From positions 4,625 through 68,624 of the forward strand of contig JACPNE010000004.1 of assembly GCA_016185615.1 (NCBI GenBank): DNA of 64,000 bases. Direction: 5' to 3'. A program made the translations under genes and the position numbers. The notes under the pieces are model-generated. The model ran no database searches and was not told where the DNA came from. It worked only from the letters and a program-made list of their open reading frames with translations. Positions 1 to 9,990 of this stretch are shown piece after piece (position 1 is the first letter of the stretch; every line of letters starts with the position of its first letter). The DNA is from Candidatus Woesearchaeota archaeon (GTDB lineage Archaea > Nanobdellota > Nanobdellia > SCGC-AAA011-G17 > JACPNG01).

Positions 1-43
1 GATTTCTTGTATAAATTAAGCTCTCTTTCATATTTATTAGATC

Positions 44-115
44 TGCACCGGCCGGGATTCGAACCCGGATCTTCGGCTTGGAAGGCGGAAATTCTAGCCA
101 TTAAACTACCGGTGC
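44..115 (-). tRNA. tRNA-Gly (anticodon TCC)
   Basis: Reverse complement GCACCGG-TAGTTTAATGGCTAGAATT-TCCGC-CTTCCAA-GCCGA-AGAT-CCGGG-TTCGAAT-CCCGG-CCGGTGC-A folds as a cloverleaf; CCA not encoded; one C:C mismatch in the anticodon stem. Confidence 0.95.
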
Positions 116-160
116 ATAAATTAAAATGCTTAAAAAACTACTTAAATATTTTTCTATATC

Positions 161-2809
161 TCAAAACCAACTGTTTGATTTTTTAAATCCTTCATTTATC
201 TCTTCTTCAGACCACCCTTTTCTTGATAATATCTCTTGTATTTTCTTATCATCCATTCTTGATTTTCTGCATCTTTTTATATAACTTTTAAGAATCTTTA
301 ATCCTTCATTTTTATTTGGAACTTCAATCCTTATCAATGCTCTTTTTTGGTCCCACTCAATCTCTTCAAATGCATATTTTATCTGATTTTTTGTCCAGCC
401 TTTATGTAATAATGTTTTTGTGATATTTTTATTCTCAATGTTTTTGGATGAGGAATTTTTTATGAATTTTTTCACATTATCAAGATCCCCATTACTATTA
501 AATGGATTTTTTCCCCTTGTTAATGTTCTAAAATCAAACTTCCCCTTGTAAAAATTAAAGTAGAATATACCGATCAATAGTATAATTATTCCAATTACTA
601 ATGGTATCCAGCTAAATTTTTTGCCGCCACAATCTTCTGGACATAAGATATTATCTTCAAAAGGAGCAGTGCATAAATTATCTCCGCATACATGTGTCTC
701 AACACTTCTTTCTACATTAAAAGATCCCGAATCAACTGGAACTATGATCGTTTTAAGATTATTAGATAAATGTGTGAAATCCCCTTCAATAACATAACTA
801 ATGTCAATAGTTTTTCCTTTAGATGCGCCATTGATTCTTTTTCTTATTAACGGATCATTTTCAACAATTTCAAAATCATCAATAAACTTTAAGTTATCAG
901 CTGTATTCGCCATGTTCTTTGGAATTCTCTCATAAACATATACGTCGCCTAAATTCTCATTTATTTTAACAGATTTTTTCACTAATGTTTTCTTCACTTC
1001 CTCTCCGGAGTATAATATAGATTTTATTGTTTTAGCCTCTAAATTTACAGAAATTTTCTCTTGCAGATTAAAAATAGAATTTCTATCTTCTTCTTTAACA
1101 ATCCCTTGTAAGTCATCAGGATTTAATATTGATACATCCTTGACTGTTTTTGTCTCTTCTATACTAACTGGCAGTTTATTCTTGAAAGAGTTTATTTTAT
1201 CTTCAAGTTTCTGTGTCTCATTCTCTATTATATTAACAGATACGTTTGACAATAGATTTAACTCATTTTTATATCCATTAAGTTGAATCAATGACTGATC
1301 TATACTATAATCAAAATAAGATAGTAATTCATTATTTTTTATATTGTTTAAATTTCTCTCTAGAGTTGATATGCTTGTTTGAATATCCCCTGAATCAAAT
1401 TCAAATAAATTAACTGTTTCGTCTATCTCCTCTCCGGGCTCTAAAGACACTACAATAATATCAGATTCATCACCCATTGTAAGATTAAAGGTTTTTATAG
1501 GAATATTCAATGATATATTTTCGATTGGCTGCCTATTAATCTCATATATCACTCCAGGAATGTTTGTCAAATCATATATTAAATTATATTCTATTCCACC
1601 TATATTCATAACCAAATCTGAAAAGATTAATTTTCCTTTTGATTCTGAGGATACAGAAAAAGGTATAACACAAAAGTCTCCATCAGCTACATCGCAAACA
1701 TTTGCCTTATCCTCTATTGAATTAATCAATTTTGTCATTGATACATTCATCTCGGATAATTTTAATGGAGTATTAAAAACAACATTGTAATCAGCAGCCC
1801 TTAATCTAATGAAATAATCAAAAAATCCTTTCTGTTCACAATCTGTTGTATCTAATCCACATTGGAATGTAGAATCTGATTCGCTAAAATCACTTGCTAA
1901 TCTGTAAGAACCAACTGTATTTCTATTGTATAAACATACTAAAAAATCTCCTTCTATTGATTCTGAAAGTTTTACAATACAACTATTCCATCCAAAAAAT
2001 GCCTGTGGTTCTGATAGATCACAATTGCCCTTCTCATCTAATAATTGATTAGAGAATGAGTCATATGAAAATAACGCTGCTCTTATGTCCCCACCCAAAC
2101 TGGTTTCATTAAATAATCTATAATTAGCGGATATTTCAAAGTCTCTGGATGGTTGTATATCCAACAGGCTGCAATGATAAATTTTAAAGTTATCAAAAAT
2201 TGTACTTGCAGGAGCAACATTAATGTCTAATGTTTCTGAAGTAATATATTCGCTTTTAAATCCAGTAAACTCCCCCAAATATTCCCATTCTATATCATTA
2301 TCATCATTTACATCAATCGATAATGATGAAGGATAGCTATTATCAACAACGGTGCTTGATATATTCATGTTTATTGAATTAACTGAAACTGAAAATGGTA
2401 ATCTAAATCCCAATAATTTTTTTCCAGCTTGATCATATGTTAAGACTTTTGAATCGCTTGGATTTACTGCTTTGATTTCATCTTCTGTATTAGAATAAGT
2501 CTTTCCTAAACTAAATAGAACATCTGCTATACTTTTTGTGTAGTTATAATCCCTAAATTCTACAGTAAGATTAGTATGCATATTTATCGGACCTTTAAAA
2601 TTAATAGTTATATTTCCATCTATTGTCTCATTGCTCTTGTAATAATCCCTAGATAGGCTTATTTCTAATTCTGGATCTGTATGCTGTAAAGTAACAAATC
2701 CTGTATTGATTGGATTTGCATAAAGGAAAAAACTAAATGCTAATAAGAAAAATAATAGAACTACTTCCAATCTACGCCTATTGGCCTTACCTCTTTTCAC
2801 ATTAATCAA
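161..2809 (-). CDS. Large membrane-anchored cell-surface protein
   Basis: N-terminal hydrophobic signal, Cys-containing extracellular region with sequons, CGDxxC...CPEDC motif, a TM helix, then two cytoplasmic KGW helical repeats; start codon uncertain. Confidence 0.8.
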   Translation of the reverse strand: MINVKRGKANRRRLEVVLLFFLLAFSFFLYANPINTGFVTLQHTDPELEISLSRDYYKSNETIDGNITINFKGPINMHTNLTVEFRDYNYTKSIADVLFSLGKTYSNTEDEIKAVNPSDSKVLTYDQAGKKLLGFRLPFSVSVNSINMNISSTVVDNSYPSSLSIDVNDDNDIEWEYLGEFTGFKSEYITSETLDINVAPASTIFDNFKIYHCSLLDIQPSRDFEISANYRLFNETSLGGDIRAALFSYDSFSNQLLDEKGNCDLSEPQAFFGWNSCIVKLSESIEGDFLVCLYNRNTVGSYRLASDFSESDSTFQCGLDTTDCEQKGFFDYFIRLRAADYNVVFNTPLKLSEMNVSMTKLINSIEDKANVCDVADGDFCVIPFSVSSESKGKLIFSDLVMNIGGIEYNLIYDLTNIPGVIYEINRQPIENISLNIPIKTFNLTMGDESDIIVVSLEPGEEIDETVNLFEFDSGDIQTSISTLERNLNNIKNNELLSYFDYSIDQSLIQLNGYKNELNLLSNVSVNIIENETQKLEDKINSFKNKLPVSIEETKTVKDVSILNPDDLQGIVKEEDRNSIFNLQEKISVNLEAKTIKSILYSGEEVKKTLVKKSVKINENLGDVYVYERIPKNMANTADNLKFIDDFEIVENDPLIRKRINGASKGKTIDISYVIEGDFTHLSNNLKTIIVPVDSGSFNVERSVETHVCGDNLCTAPFEDNILCPEDCGGKKFSWIPLVIGIIILLIGIFYFNFYKGKFDFRTLTRGKNPFNSNGDLDNVKKFIKNSSSKNIENKNITKTLLHKGWTKNQIKYAFEEIEWDQKRALIRIEVPNKNEGLKILKSYIKRCRKSRMDDKKIQEILSRKGWSEEEINEGFKKSNSWF

Positions 2810-2838
2810 AGGTTTGTTTTATATTTAAGTTTTATTGT

Positions 2839-3588
2839 CTAACCAACTTTTATTTCAATTATGGCATAATTATCAACATTATTTCCTTTAAAGAACACTT
2901 TTTTATTTGTTATTTTAACCTTGCCATATGTTTTTGTTGCGCCTTCTACAATCCTTTCTTTAAATTGTTTATCAATACTAATTTGGATGACATTTGTCTT
3001 AGTGTCTCTTGTTATTTGAGTTATAGATATTTTTTTACCCCCCATACTTAAAACATCTCCAGCTCTGACAAGATAATTATCTTGTTCTAATTGAAATTTT
3101 TCTACATTTACTAATATTCCCTCATCATCGCCATATCCTGTAATAGAATCTATTGATATGGAAATATCCCCAACAATATCTTGTGTTTTTGTACTAAATA
3201 TAGTCGTTCTTTTTCCCCCAACCTCAAATACTGCATTTAGATTTACCCCCATATCAAGGGTAATTAGTTTTATGTCTATATTGTTAAATGTTGCAGTTTC
3301 TCCCTCAGCTAAATCAAAAGTAGCACTATTAACTAATTTTGATGGAGCCATTTCTGGCTCTTCCTCAATAACTATTTCTTCAACAACTTCTTCTTGTGTT
3401 TCTTCTGCGTTTTCTATCTCATCATTATCGCATACAGAATTGCTATTTTGATCTAAACAGCATTCTCCTGCTTTATATTCAAAGTAAGGGGTTTTACAAA
3501 AACTGGAATCTTGAATTATGGTTTCTTTTGTACATGCACTAATTAAAATCATGCTAAATAAGAACAGAAATATAATATATCTCTTCAT
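2839..3588 (-). CDS. Putative lipoprotein/surface protein with repeated beta-rich modules
   Basis: Lipobox-like ISAC, a C..CC..C motif, acidic linker, repeated L/V-x-x-G-E/D strands; start trimmed to MKRYI. Confidence 0.7.
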   Translation of the reverse strand: MKRYIIFLFLFSMILISACTKETIIQDSSFCKTPYFEYKAGECCLDQNSNSVCDNDEIENAEETQEEVVEEIVIEEEPEMAPSKLVNSATFDLAEGETATFNNIDIKLITLDMGVNLNAVFEVGGKRTTIFSTKTQDIVGDISISIDSITGYGDDEGILVNVEKFQLEQDNYLVRAGDVLSMGGKKISITQITRDTKTNVIQISIDKQFKERIVEGATKTYGKVKITNKKVFFKGNNVDNYAIIEIKVG

Positions 3589-3669
3589 AATCTTATAAGA
3601 TAATAACAATTATTTAAATACTTTTATTATAACAAAAAAGTTATAAATGGAGATTTAGTGTATCAAATA

Positions 3670-4539
3670 ATGGATATAAAAGGGTTTTATTTCAAAAATC
3701 TAAAAAAGTTGTTAATTTTGCCTATAGGGCTGATTATTCTTAGTATACTAATTATTTCTTATACTTATGTAAAAACAGGGGATTTTATTCATAAAGATGT
3801 AACCTTACAGGGCGGAATTAGTGCTACATTACAAATACAACAAGAATTTCCTGAGTTAGAGCAACAGATCAAGAAAGAAACTGGAAAAGATGTTCTAGTA
3901 AGGGTATTAACAGAGTTTGGATCTGATGACCAAAAGGGAATAGTTATAGAAAGTTCCAGCATTACAAATGAGGAACTAAAGCCAATATTAGAAAAAATAA
4001 CCAATGTAGAGATAACAAATGAAAATTATTCTGTTGAGGAAACAGGATCATCATTAGGAGAAGCATTCTATAAACAAATGGTAACTGCAATCATAATTTC
4101 TTTCATATTAATGAGTTTAGTTATATTAATAATTTACAGAACAATTATCCCATCAATAGCAGTCATATCTGCAGCATTCTCAGATATGCTTGTAACAATT
4201 GCCATGATAAACTTATTAGGAATTAGTGTATCAACAGCAGGCATAGCTGCAATATTATTGTTAATTGGATATTCAGTAGATACTGATGTATTATTAACAA
4301 CAAAAATGCTGAAAAGAAAAGAAGAGACTATAGAAAACAGGATGTTAAAATCAATTAATACAGGATTAGCAATGACTGCAACAACATTAGCTGCATTATT
4401 GGTTGGTTATTTCATCTCAAATTCATTTGTGATAAAAGAGATGTTTATTATTTTGATAATTGGATTGATTGTTGATGTTATAATGACTTATATATTAAAC
4501 GCAAATATCTTGCTTGGATATGTGAAAAAACATGGCTAA
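3670..4539 (+). CDS. secF: Protein translocase subunit SecF (archaeal type)
   Basis: DVTLQGG and IGYSVDTDVLLT motifs, about 6 TM helices, overlaps secD. Confidence 0.95.
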   Translation: MDIKGFYFKNLKKLLILPIGLIILSILIISYTYVKTGDFIHKDVTLQGGISATLQIQQEFPELEQQIKKETGKDVLVRVLTEFGSDDQKGIVIESSSITNEELKPILEKITNVEITNENYSVEETGSSLGEAFYKQMVTAIIISFILMSLVILIIYRTIIPSIAVISAAFSDMLVTIAMINLLGISVSTAGIAAILLLIGYSVDTDVLLTTKMLKRKEETIENRMLKSINTGLAMTATTLAALLVGYFISNSFVIKEMFIILIIGLIVDVIMTYILNANILLGYVKKHG

Positions 4540-5833
4540 TAAATTGTTTACATTAAGACTATGGATTCTTATAGTTGCTTTAGTATTATCTCTATTATTA
4601 ATTTTTTCTCCACTGATTTCAGGAGAAAATAAAACAGGCATTAAAAAAGGATTGGATTTAGAGGGCGGAACAAGGGCATTAATCAAGCCCATATCAGAAG
4701 TAGAAATAACTGACTCTGACATACAAAACTTAGTGCATGTTATGGAAAACAGATTAAATGTTTATGGATTATCGGATATAAGAATAAGGCCAGCAAATGT
4801 TGGTGATGATAAATTAGTATTATTAGAAATATCAGGAGCAGATAGTGAAGAAGTAAAAAGGATTGTTTCACAGCAAGGAAAATTCGAGGCAAAGATAGGA
4901 GATAAAGTTGTATTCAGCGGGGGAAGAAGGGATATCCCATTTGTGTGCAGAGATGATGGAACTTGTGCATTTATACAGCAATGTGGGGTTGTTGGTGAAA
5001 GATACCAATGTGTATTTAATTTTGCAATATCATTAAGTGGGGAAGCGGCAAAAAGTCATGCTGAAGCAACAAAGGATTTAACAGTAATACAGGATGAAAC
5101 AGGCAACAGATTAGATAAGACATTAGATTTGTATTTAGATGATATCTTAGTTAATAGTCTGCAAATAAGCTCTGATTTAAAGGGTGTTGAAACTAATCAA
5201 ATCTCTATAAGCGGCCCTGGTTACGGAGAAACAAGAGAAGAAGCAATAGAAGACACAACAAAAAATATGAATGAGCTACAAACAGTTTTGATAACAGGAT
5301 CCTTACCATTTAAAATTCAGATTGAAAAGTTAGATAATGTATCTCCCATACTTGGGAACGATTTCATAAAAAGTGCATTCTTGGTTGGTATAACATCATT
5401 ATTAGCTGTTGGGGCTGTGATCTATATTAAATATAGAAGAATAAAAATATTAATCCCAATGTTTATAACAAGCTTAAGCGAAATAGTAATAATATTGGGT
5501 GTAGCTGCATTAATAAAATGGAATCTTGATTTAGTCGCAATAGCTGGAATCATTGCTTCAATTGGAACAGGAGTAGATCATCAGATAATAATAACAGATG
5601 AGATAATAAGTGGAGAATCACAAAATTTGGGTTGGAAAGAAAGAATTAAGAGGGCTTTTTTTATAATAATGGGTGCATATGCTACAACAGTTGTAACTAT
5701 GATACCATTATGGAATGCAGGAGCAGGATTATTAAGAGGATTTGCAGTAATAACAATTATTGGAACAAGCATTGGGGTCTTTATAACAAGGCCAGCCTTT
5801 GCCTCAATAGCTGAAAGATTGTTTAATAAATAG
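4532..5833 (+). CDS. secD: Protein translocase subunit SecD (archaeal type)
   Basis: GLDLEGG, L-x-TGSLP, IGTGVDHQIII and LRGFA motifs. Confidence 0.95.
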   Translation: MANKLFTLRLWILIVALVLSLLLIFSPLISGENKTGIKKGLDLEGGTRALIKPISEVEITDSDIQNLVHVMENRLNVYGLSDIRIRPANVGDDKLVLLEISGADSEEVKRIVSQQGKFEAKIGDKVVFSGGRRDIPFVCRDDGTCAFIQQCGVVGERYQCVFNFAISLSGEAAKSHAEATKDLTVIQDETGNRLDKTLDLYLDDILVNSLQISSDLKGVETNQISISGPGYGETREEAIEDTTKNMNELQTVLITGSLPFKIQIEKLDNVSPILGNDFIKSAFLVGITSLLAVGAVIYIKYRRIKILIPMFITSLSEIVIILGVAALIKWNLDLVAIAGIIASIGTGVDHQIIITDEIISGESQNLGWKERIKRAFFIIMGAYATTVVTMIPLWNAGAGLLRGFAVITIIGTSIGVFITRPAFASIAERLFNK

Positions 5834-5895
5834 AAGTTATAGATAATCTTTTTATATTAGAATTACATATAATTTAATAACAAAGAGGTGATTTG

Positions 5896-6051
5896 ATGGC
5901 CCTTGAAGAGCAGATAATTTTAGTTTTATACATTCTTTTGGGAGCAGTTGCTGGAATGATATATGCTTTAAGGAGAATATTCATTCTTGAGAGAAGAATA
6001 CTTGATATTGACAATAAATTGGCTGCTGTATTAAAAAGAAAGAAACGTTAA
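5896..6051 (+). CDS. Small single-pass membrane protein, 51 aa (below the ORF-track cutoff)
   Basis: MALEEQIILVLYILLGAVAGMIYALRRIFILERRILDIDNKLAAVLKRKKR; GAGGTGA ribosome-binding site directly upstream. Confidence 0.8.
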   Translation: MALEEQIILVLYILLGAVAGMIYALRRIFILERRILDIDNKLAAVLKRKKR

Positions 6052-7016
6052 TTATTTTTCTGATGCCAGTTCCATGCATGCTGTATCATGTCAGTTATGC
6101 TAAATTTGGCATTCCATCCTATTTCTTCATTAAACCTATCAGAATTAGCGACAAGAACTGGTGGATCACCTTTTCTTTTTTCCTTTATTAATGTTTTAAT
6201 CTCCCTTCCAGTAATTTGTTTGCATAATTCAATAATCTCTTTAACACTATAACCCTGTCCTGTCCCTATATTATAAGATTTTGTCTGCATATTTTTTACT
6301 AAATAACCAAGAGCAGCAAGATGAGCATTTGCCACATCAACAACATGGACAAAATCCCTTATACATGTCCCATCGTAAGTTCCATAATTATCCCCGAGTA
6401 TTTCCATATATTCTTTTTTTCCAAGCGCTGCATCCAATATAATGGGAATCAGATGTGTCTCAATATCATGTTTTTCTCCTATTGTACAATCCAAAGATGC
6501 CCCTGCAACATTAAAGTATCTTAATGAAATTGATTTTATTCCATGAGCAACATCATAATATCTCAAAATTCTTTCAAACATCATTTTTGATTCCCCATAG
6601 GGATTGATTGGATTTAATGTATGTCCCTCTATTATCGGAATTTCTTTTGGAATCCCATAAACAGCACATGATGAAGAAAAAATAATTTTATTTACATTAC
6701 TCTTAACCATAACATCTAACAAATTAATCCCATTGAACACATTATTCTCAAAATATTTTGATGGGTTTTCAACAGATTCAGCAACAAGGGCATGATTAGC
6801 AAAATGCATAACAACATCTATTTTATTGTCTTTGAATACAGAATTAAGTTTATCTTTATCAGCTAAATCCCCTTTAACAAAAATAGCTTTTTTATCAACA
6901 AGTTCTTCATGTCCTGTCTCAAGATTATCATATACAATAACATTATGCTCTTTAACTAATTCTTTAACTGTATGGCTTCCGATATATCCTGCCCCGCCTA
7001 TGACTAATATTTTCAT
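6048..7016 (-). CDS. galE: UDP-glucose 4-epimerase
   Basis: GGAGYIGSH, YGESK, LRYFN and DGTCIRDFVHV motifs; start trimmed to MKILV. Confidence 0.93.
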   Translation of the reverse strand: MKILVIGGAGYIGSHTVKELVKEHNVIVYDNLETGHEELVDKKAIFVKGDLADKDKLNSVFKDNKIDVVMHFANHALVAESVENPSKYFENNVFNGINLLDVMVKSNVNKIIFSSSCAVYGIPKEIPIIEGHTLNPINPYGESKMMFERILRYYDVAHGIKSISLRYFNVAGASLDCTIGEKHDIETHLIPIILDAALGKKEYMEILGDNYGTYDGTCIRDFVHVVDVANAHLAALGYLVKNMQTKSYNIGTGQGYSVKEIIELCKQITGREIKTLIKEKRKGDPPVLVANSDRFNEEIGWNAKFSITDMIQHAWNWHQKNN

Positions 7017-7017
7017 C

Positions 7018-7878
7018 TTAATCAAAACCATTTCCCGAAGTAGCTCCAGGAATATTTTCCCAATCTCTATCTTCCCTAACATCTAAATTAGTTCTCCACA
7101 TTTCTTCAAGAAGATGAGATGGAGCCCCCAATTCCCTTGCTAAATAAGTCAATGCACGAAGATCTTTTGGGAAACATTTTCCTCCAAATCCGTGTTTTCC
7201 ATCAGGTCCAGGAACTTTAGTATTTGTTCCTATTCTTTTATCCCTTAATATCTCTTCTCTTAACAAATTATAGTTCATTCCTTGAGCAACACATATTTGT
7301 TCTATCACATTAGCTATAATTATTTGAGAAGTCAAAGTTACGTTAGCGGCATATTTTATCATCTCTGCCATTTTTCTATCAACAATAGTATAATGGGCAT
7401 TTGGAAATATGGGTTTATAGATTTCCATCAATGTTCTTTCACTCTCTTTATCTTCTACTCCCAAAACTACCCTGTCTGTATTTTCCATATCTTCTATTGC
7501 TGTTCTCTCTCTTAAAAATTCTGGATTAACTGCAAATCTAAACGGATATTTTTCAGCAAACTTGTCAGTTGAACCAGATACCGCTGTAGATCTTATAACT
7601 ATGAGTAAATCTCCCGGATTTCTATTTAATTCTTTAACTTTAAATTCAAGAGAGGTTATTGAGTCATGTATCGGGGTATAATCTATCTCCCCACTATTTT
7701 TCATAGGTGTAGGAACACAGATAAAAGTCGCTTCAGCCTCCTTTGCAATTCTTTCTAGATGTGCAGAAGTATTGTAAGGAGATTTAAATTTGTCATATGG
7801 AAGAACTTCGTGAAATTTTTCTAATACATGTTTAGTTGCTCCCCCCACAAATCCAACACCAATAATTCCAATTTTCAT
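7018..7878 (-). CDS. UDP-glucose/GDP-mannose dehydrogenase family protein, short form
   Basis: GVGFVG, CVPTP, NPEFLRE and catalytic GFGGKCFPKD; ends before the usual C-terminal domain. Confidence 0.88.
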   Translation of the reverse strand: MKIGIIGVGFVGGATKHVLEKFHEVLPYDKFKSPYNTSAHLERIAKEAEATFICVPTPMKNSGEIDYTPIHDSITSLEFKVKELNRNPGDLLIVIRSTAVSGSTDKFAEKYPFRFAVNPEFLRERTAIEDMENTDRVVLGVEDKESERTLMEIYKPIFPNAHYTIVDRKMAEMIKYAANVTLTSQIIIANVIEQICVAQGMNYNLLREEILRDKRIGTNTKVPGPDGKHGFGGKCFPKDLRALTYLARELGAPSHLLEEMWRTNLDVREDRDWENIPGATSGNGFD

Positions 7879-7933
7879 GATTAAGAACTACAACTAAGGT
7901 TTTTTAAATTTATATGAAATAAAACTGATAAGA

Positions 7934-8455
7934 TTAATCTCCTTCAAACTCAATCATATTATAAACTGGATAACCATTAAGTTTTTCTCTTCCTTTTAAA
8001 TCCGGAAGTTCGACAATACAACCAAATTCAATTACTTTTGCTCCTCTTTTCTCAATTAATTGTGCTGCTGCCCTACTTGTTCCTCCAGTAGCCAGCAAAT
8101 CATCTATTAATATAACCTTATCTCCTTCTTTCAATGCATCCAAATGAATTTCTAATTTGTCTGTTCCATACTCTAATTCATATTCAATAGAATCAACATC
8201 ATAAGGCAATTTGCCGGGCTTTCTGACAGGAATAAATCCTTTGTTTAGTCTATATGCTATTGCTCCTGCCAAAATAAAACCCCTAGATTCAATCCCAACA
8301 ACATAATCAATGTCCATATCCTCATATCTTTTTACAAATTGGTCTATAACATAATTAAATCCAATTGGATTTTTCAATAATGTTGTGACATCTCTGAACA
8401 TTATTCCTTGCTTTGGAAAATTTGGAATTGTTCTTATCATAGATTTTATATCCAT
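7934..8455 (-). CDS. apt: Adenine phosphoribosyltransferase
   Basis: FPKQGIMFRD, GIESRGF, RKPGKLP, LEYG and IDDLLATGGT motifs. Confidence 0.97.
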   Translation of the reverse strand: MDIKSMIRTIPNFPKQGIMFRDVTTLLKNPIGFNYVIDQFVKRYEDMDIDYVVGIESRGFILAGAIAYRLNKGFIPVRKPGKLPYDVDSIEYELEYGTDKLEIHLDALKEGDKVILIDDLLATGGTSRAAAQLIEKRGAKVIEFGCIVELPDLKGREKLNGYPVYNMIEFEGD

Positions 8456-8457
8456 AT

Positions 8458-9468
8458 TTATGCCCTCTTGATCTCGTAATTATAGATATCTATAACAGCC
8501 ACCAATAATCCCAGTAATACTGGACCCAATATTAATCCAACAAAACCAAACAGTTGTATTCCGCCAAATATTCCCAATAAAACAATTATTGGATGTACCC
8601 TAATTTTGTTGCTTATTATCTTTGGTCTTATTATGTTATCTATTAAACTCACAACAATTGCTCCATAAACTAATAATCCAATTCCATTAAACATGTCTGC
8701 ATTGGCTATTTTGATTAATGCAATAGGTAGCCATACAAGTGCCGCTCCAAAATATGGGAACATTGCCGCTATAGTCATTATTATTCCCCACACTATTGGG
8801 TTGTCAACTCTAAATACAAACAACCCCAATGTTCCGACTAATCCCTGGATTACTGAGGTAACAATTATGCCATAAATCGTTGCATACATAACCTCATTGA
8901 GATTACTCATTATAGCATCACTATGGTCTTTTCTCAATGGCAAACTCTCTTTAAACCTTTCAATTAAATCTTCTCCCTCTTTAAACAAGTAGTACATAAT
9001 AAAGAACATAATAAAAAGATTTACTGCTTTTTGTGGGAGAGTAAGAGCAAGGTCAGATAAAGACTTTATAACCATGCCTAAAACTATGTTTACTGTATCC
9101 CTGTAATAAAAATCAAGATTAATATTCTCTCCAACAACAGAGGATACAAAATTTGATATCTCTCCAAGATCAGTATTATCAATTGATCTGTAAAGCACTA
9201 CTGATTCATTAATTAACATGTTTAATATCAATAAAGAAACAGCTGAAACCACAAGAGTTATCAAAAACAACAACACAAAAGCTCGAAGAGATTTATTCTT
9301 GATTATTCTTTCAGACTTTGTATATAAAGGATAAAAAGTATATGATAAAACAAATGCTATTAATATTGGTGTAATAAATGGTTTGATTAAAAAGAAAGAA
9401 ACAATAAGAACTAATACAACAAAGATAAATAGAAATAGCCGGTTATAATTAGATATAAGATTATCCAT
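8458..9468 (-). CDS. AI-2E family (UPF0118) membrane transporter
   Basis: Multi-TM; IDNIIRP..HP....LGIFGG..FGFVGLILGP signature. Confidence 0.92.
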   Translation of the reverse strand: MDNLISNYNRLFLFIFVVLVLIVSFFLIKPFITPILIAFVLSYTFYPLYTKSERIIKNKSLRAFVLLFLITLVVSAVSLLILNMLINESVVLYRSIDNTDLGEISNFVSSVVGENINLDFYYRDTVNIVLGMVIKSLSDLALTLPQKAVNLFIMFFIMYYLFKEGEDLIERFKESLPLRKDHSDAIMSNLNEVMYATIYGIIVTSVIQGLVGTLGLFVFRVDNPIVWGIIMTIAAMFPYFGAALVWLPIALIKIANADMFNGIGLLVYGAIVVSLIDNIIRPKIISNKIRVHPIIVLLGIFGGIQLFGFVGLILGPVLLGLLVAVIDIYNYEIKRA

Positions 9469-9498
9469 AATTATTTATTATATATAAAATATTTAAGC

Positions 9499-9990
9499 TT
9501 AACTATTCCTTATTTTATCTATAAGATTTGAAGTAGATAGATTACCTTTAATTTTAACAATATAGACCTTACCACCATATTTCTTGACAATTGGCGCTTC
9601 TATACAATCTTTGCCATACTCAGAACCATTAACATGTACATCCGGCTTAATTGATTCAACAAATTTTAGACAATCCGGCTCATTGAATATAGTAACATAA
9701 TCAACGCATTTAAATCCTGCCAAGAGCTCTGCCCTGTCTTTTTCTGTGTTATATGGCCTTTTTTCCCAATCTTTATATCCAATATGTTTTTTCCATTCCC
9801 TAACAGACTTATCAGAATTTAATCCAACAACCAAAATATCACCTTGTTTCTTTGCTTCTTCCAGTATAGATAAATGTCCCCTGTGAATTATATCAAAACT
9901 TCCATTTATTGTAACTATTTTCTTTCCTTTTGATTTTAGTTCGTTTGATATTTTAGAAATATCTTCCCTTGTTTTAATTTTATTTATCAT
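9499..9990 (-). CDS. rfaE2: D-glycero-beta-D-manno-heptose 1-phosphate adenylyltransferase (HldE domain II, stand-alone)
   Basis: NGSFDIIHRGH, VGLNSDKSV, RP, KPDVHVNG, STS; coupled to the kinase gene. Confidence 0.88.
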   Translation of the reverse strand: MINKIKTREDISKISNELKSKGKKIVTINGSFDIIHRGHLSILEEAKKQGDILVVGLNSDKSVREWKKHIGYKDWEKRPYNTEKDRAELLAGFKCVDYVTIFNEPDCLKFVESIKPDVHVNGSEYGKDCIEAPIVKKYGGKVYIVKIKGNLSTSNLIDKIRNS

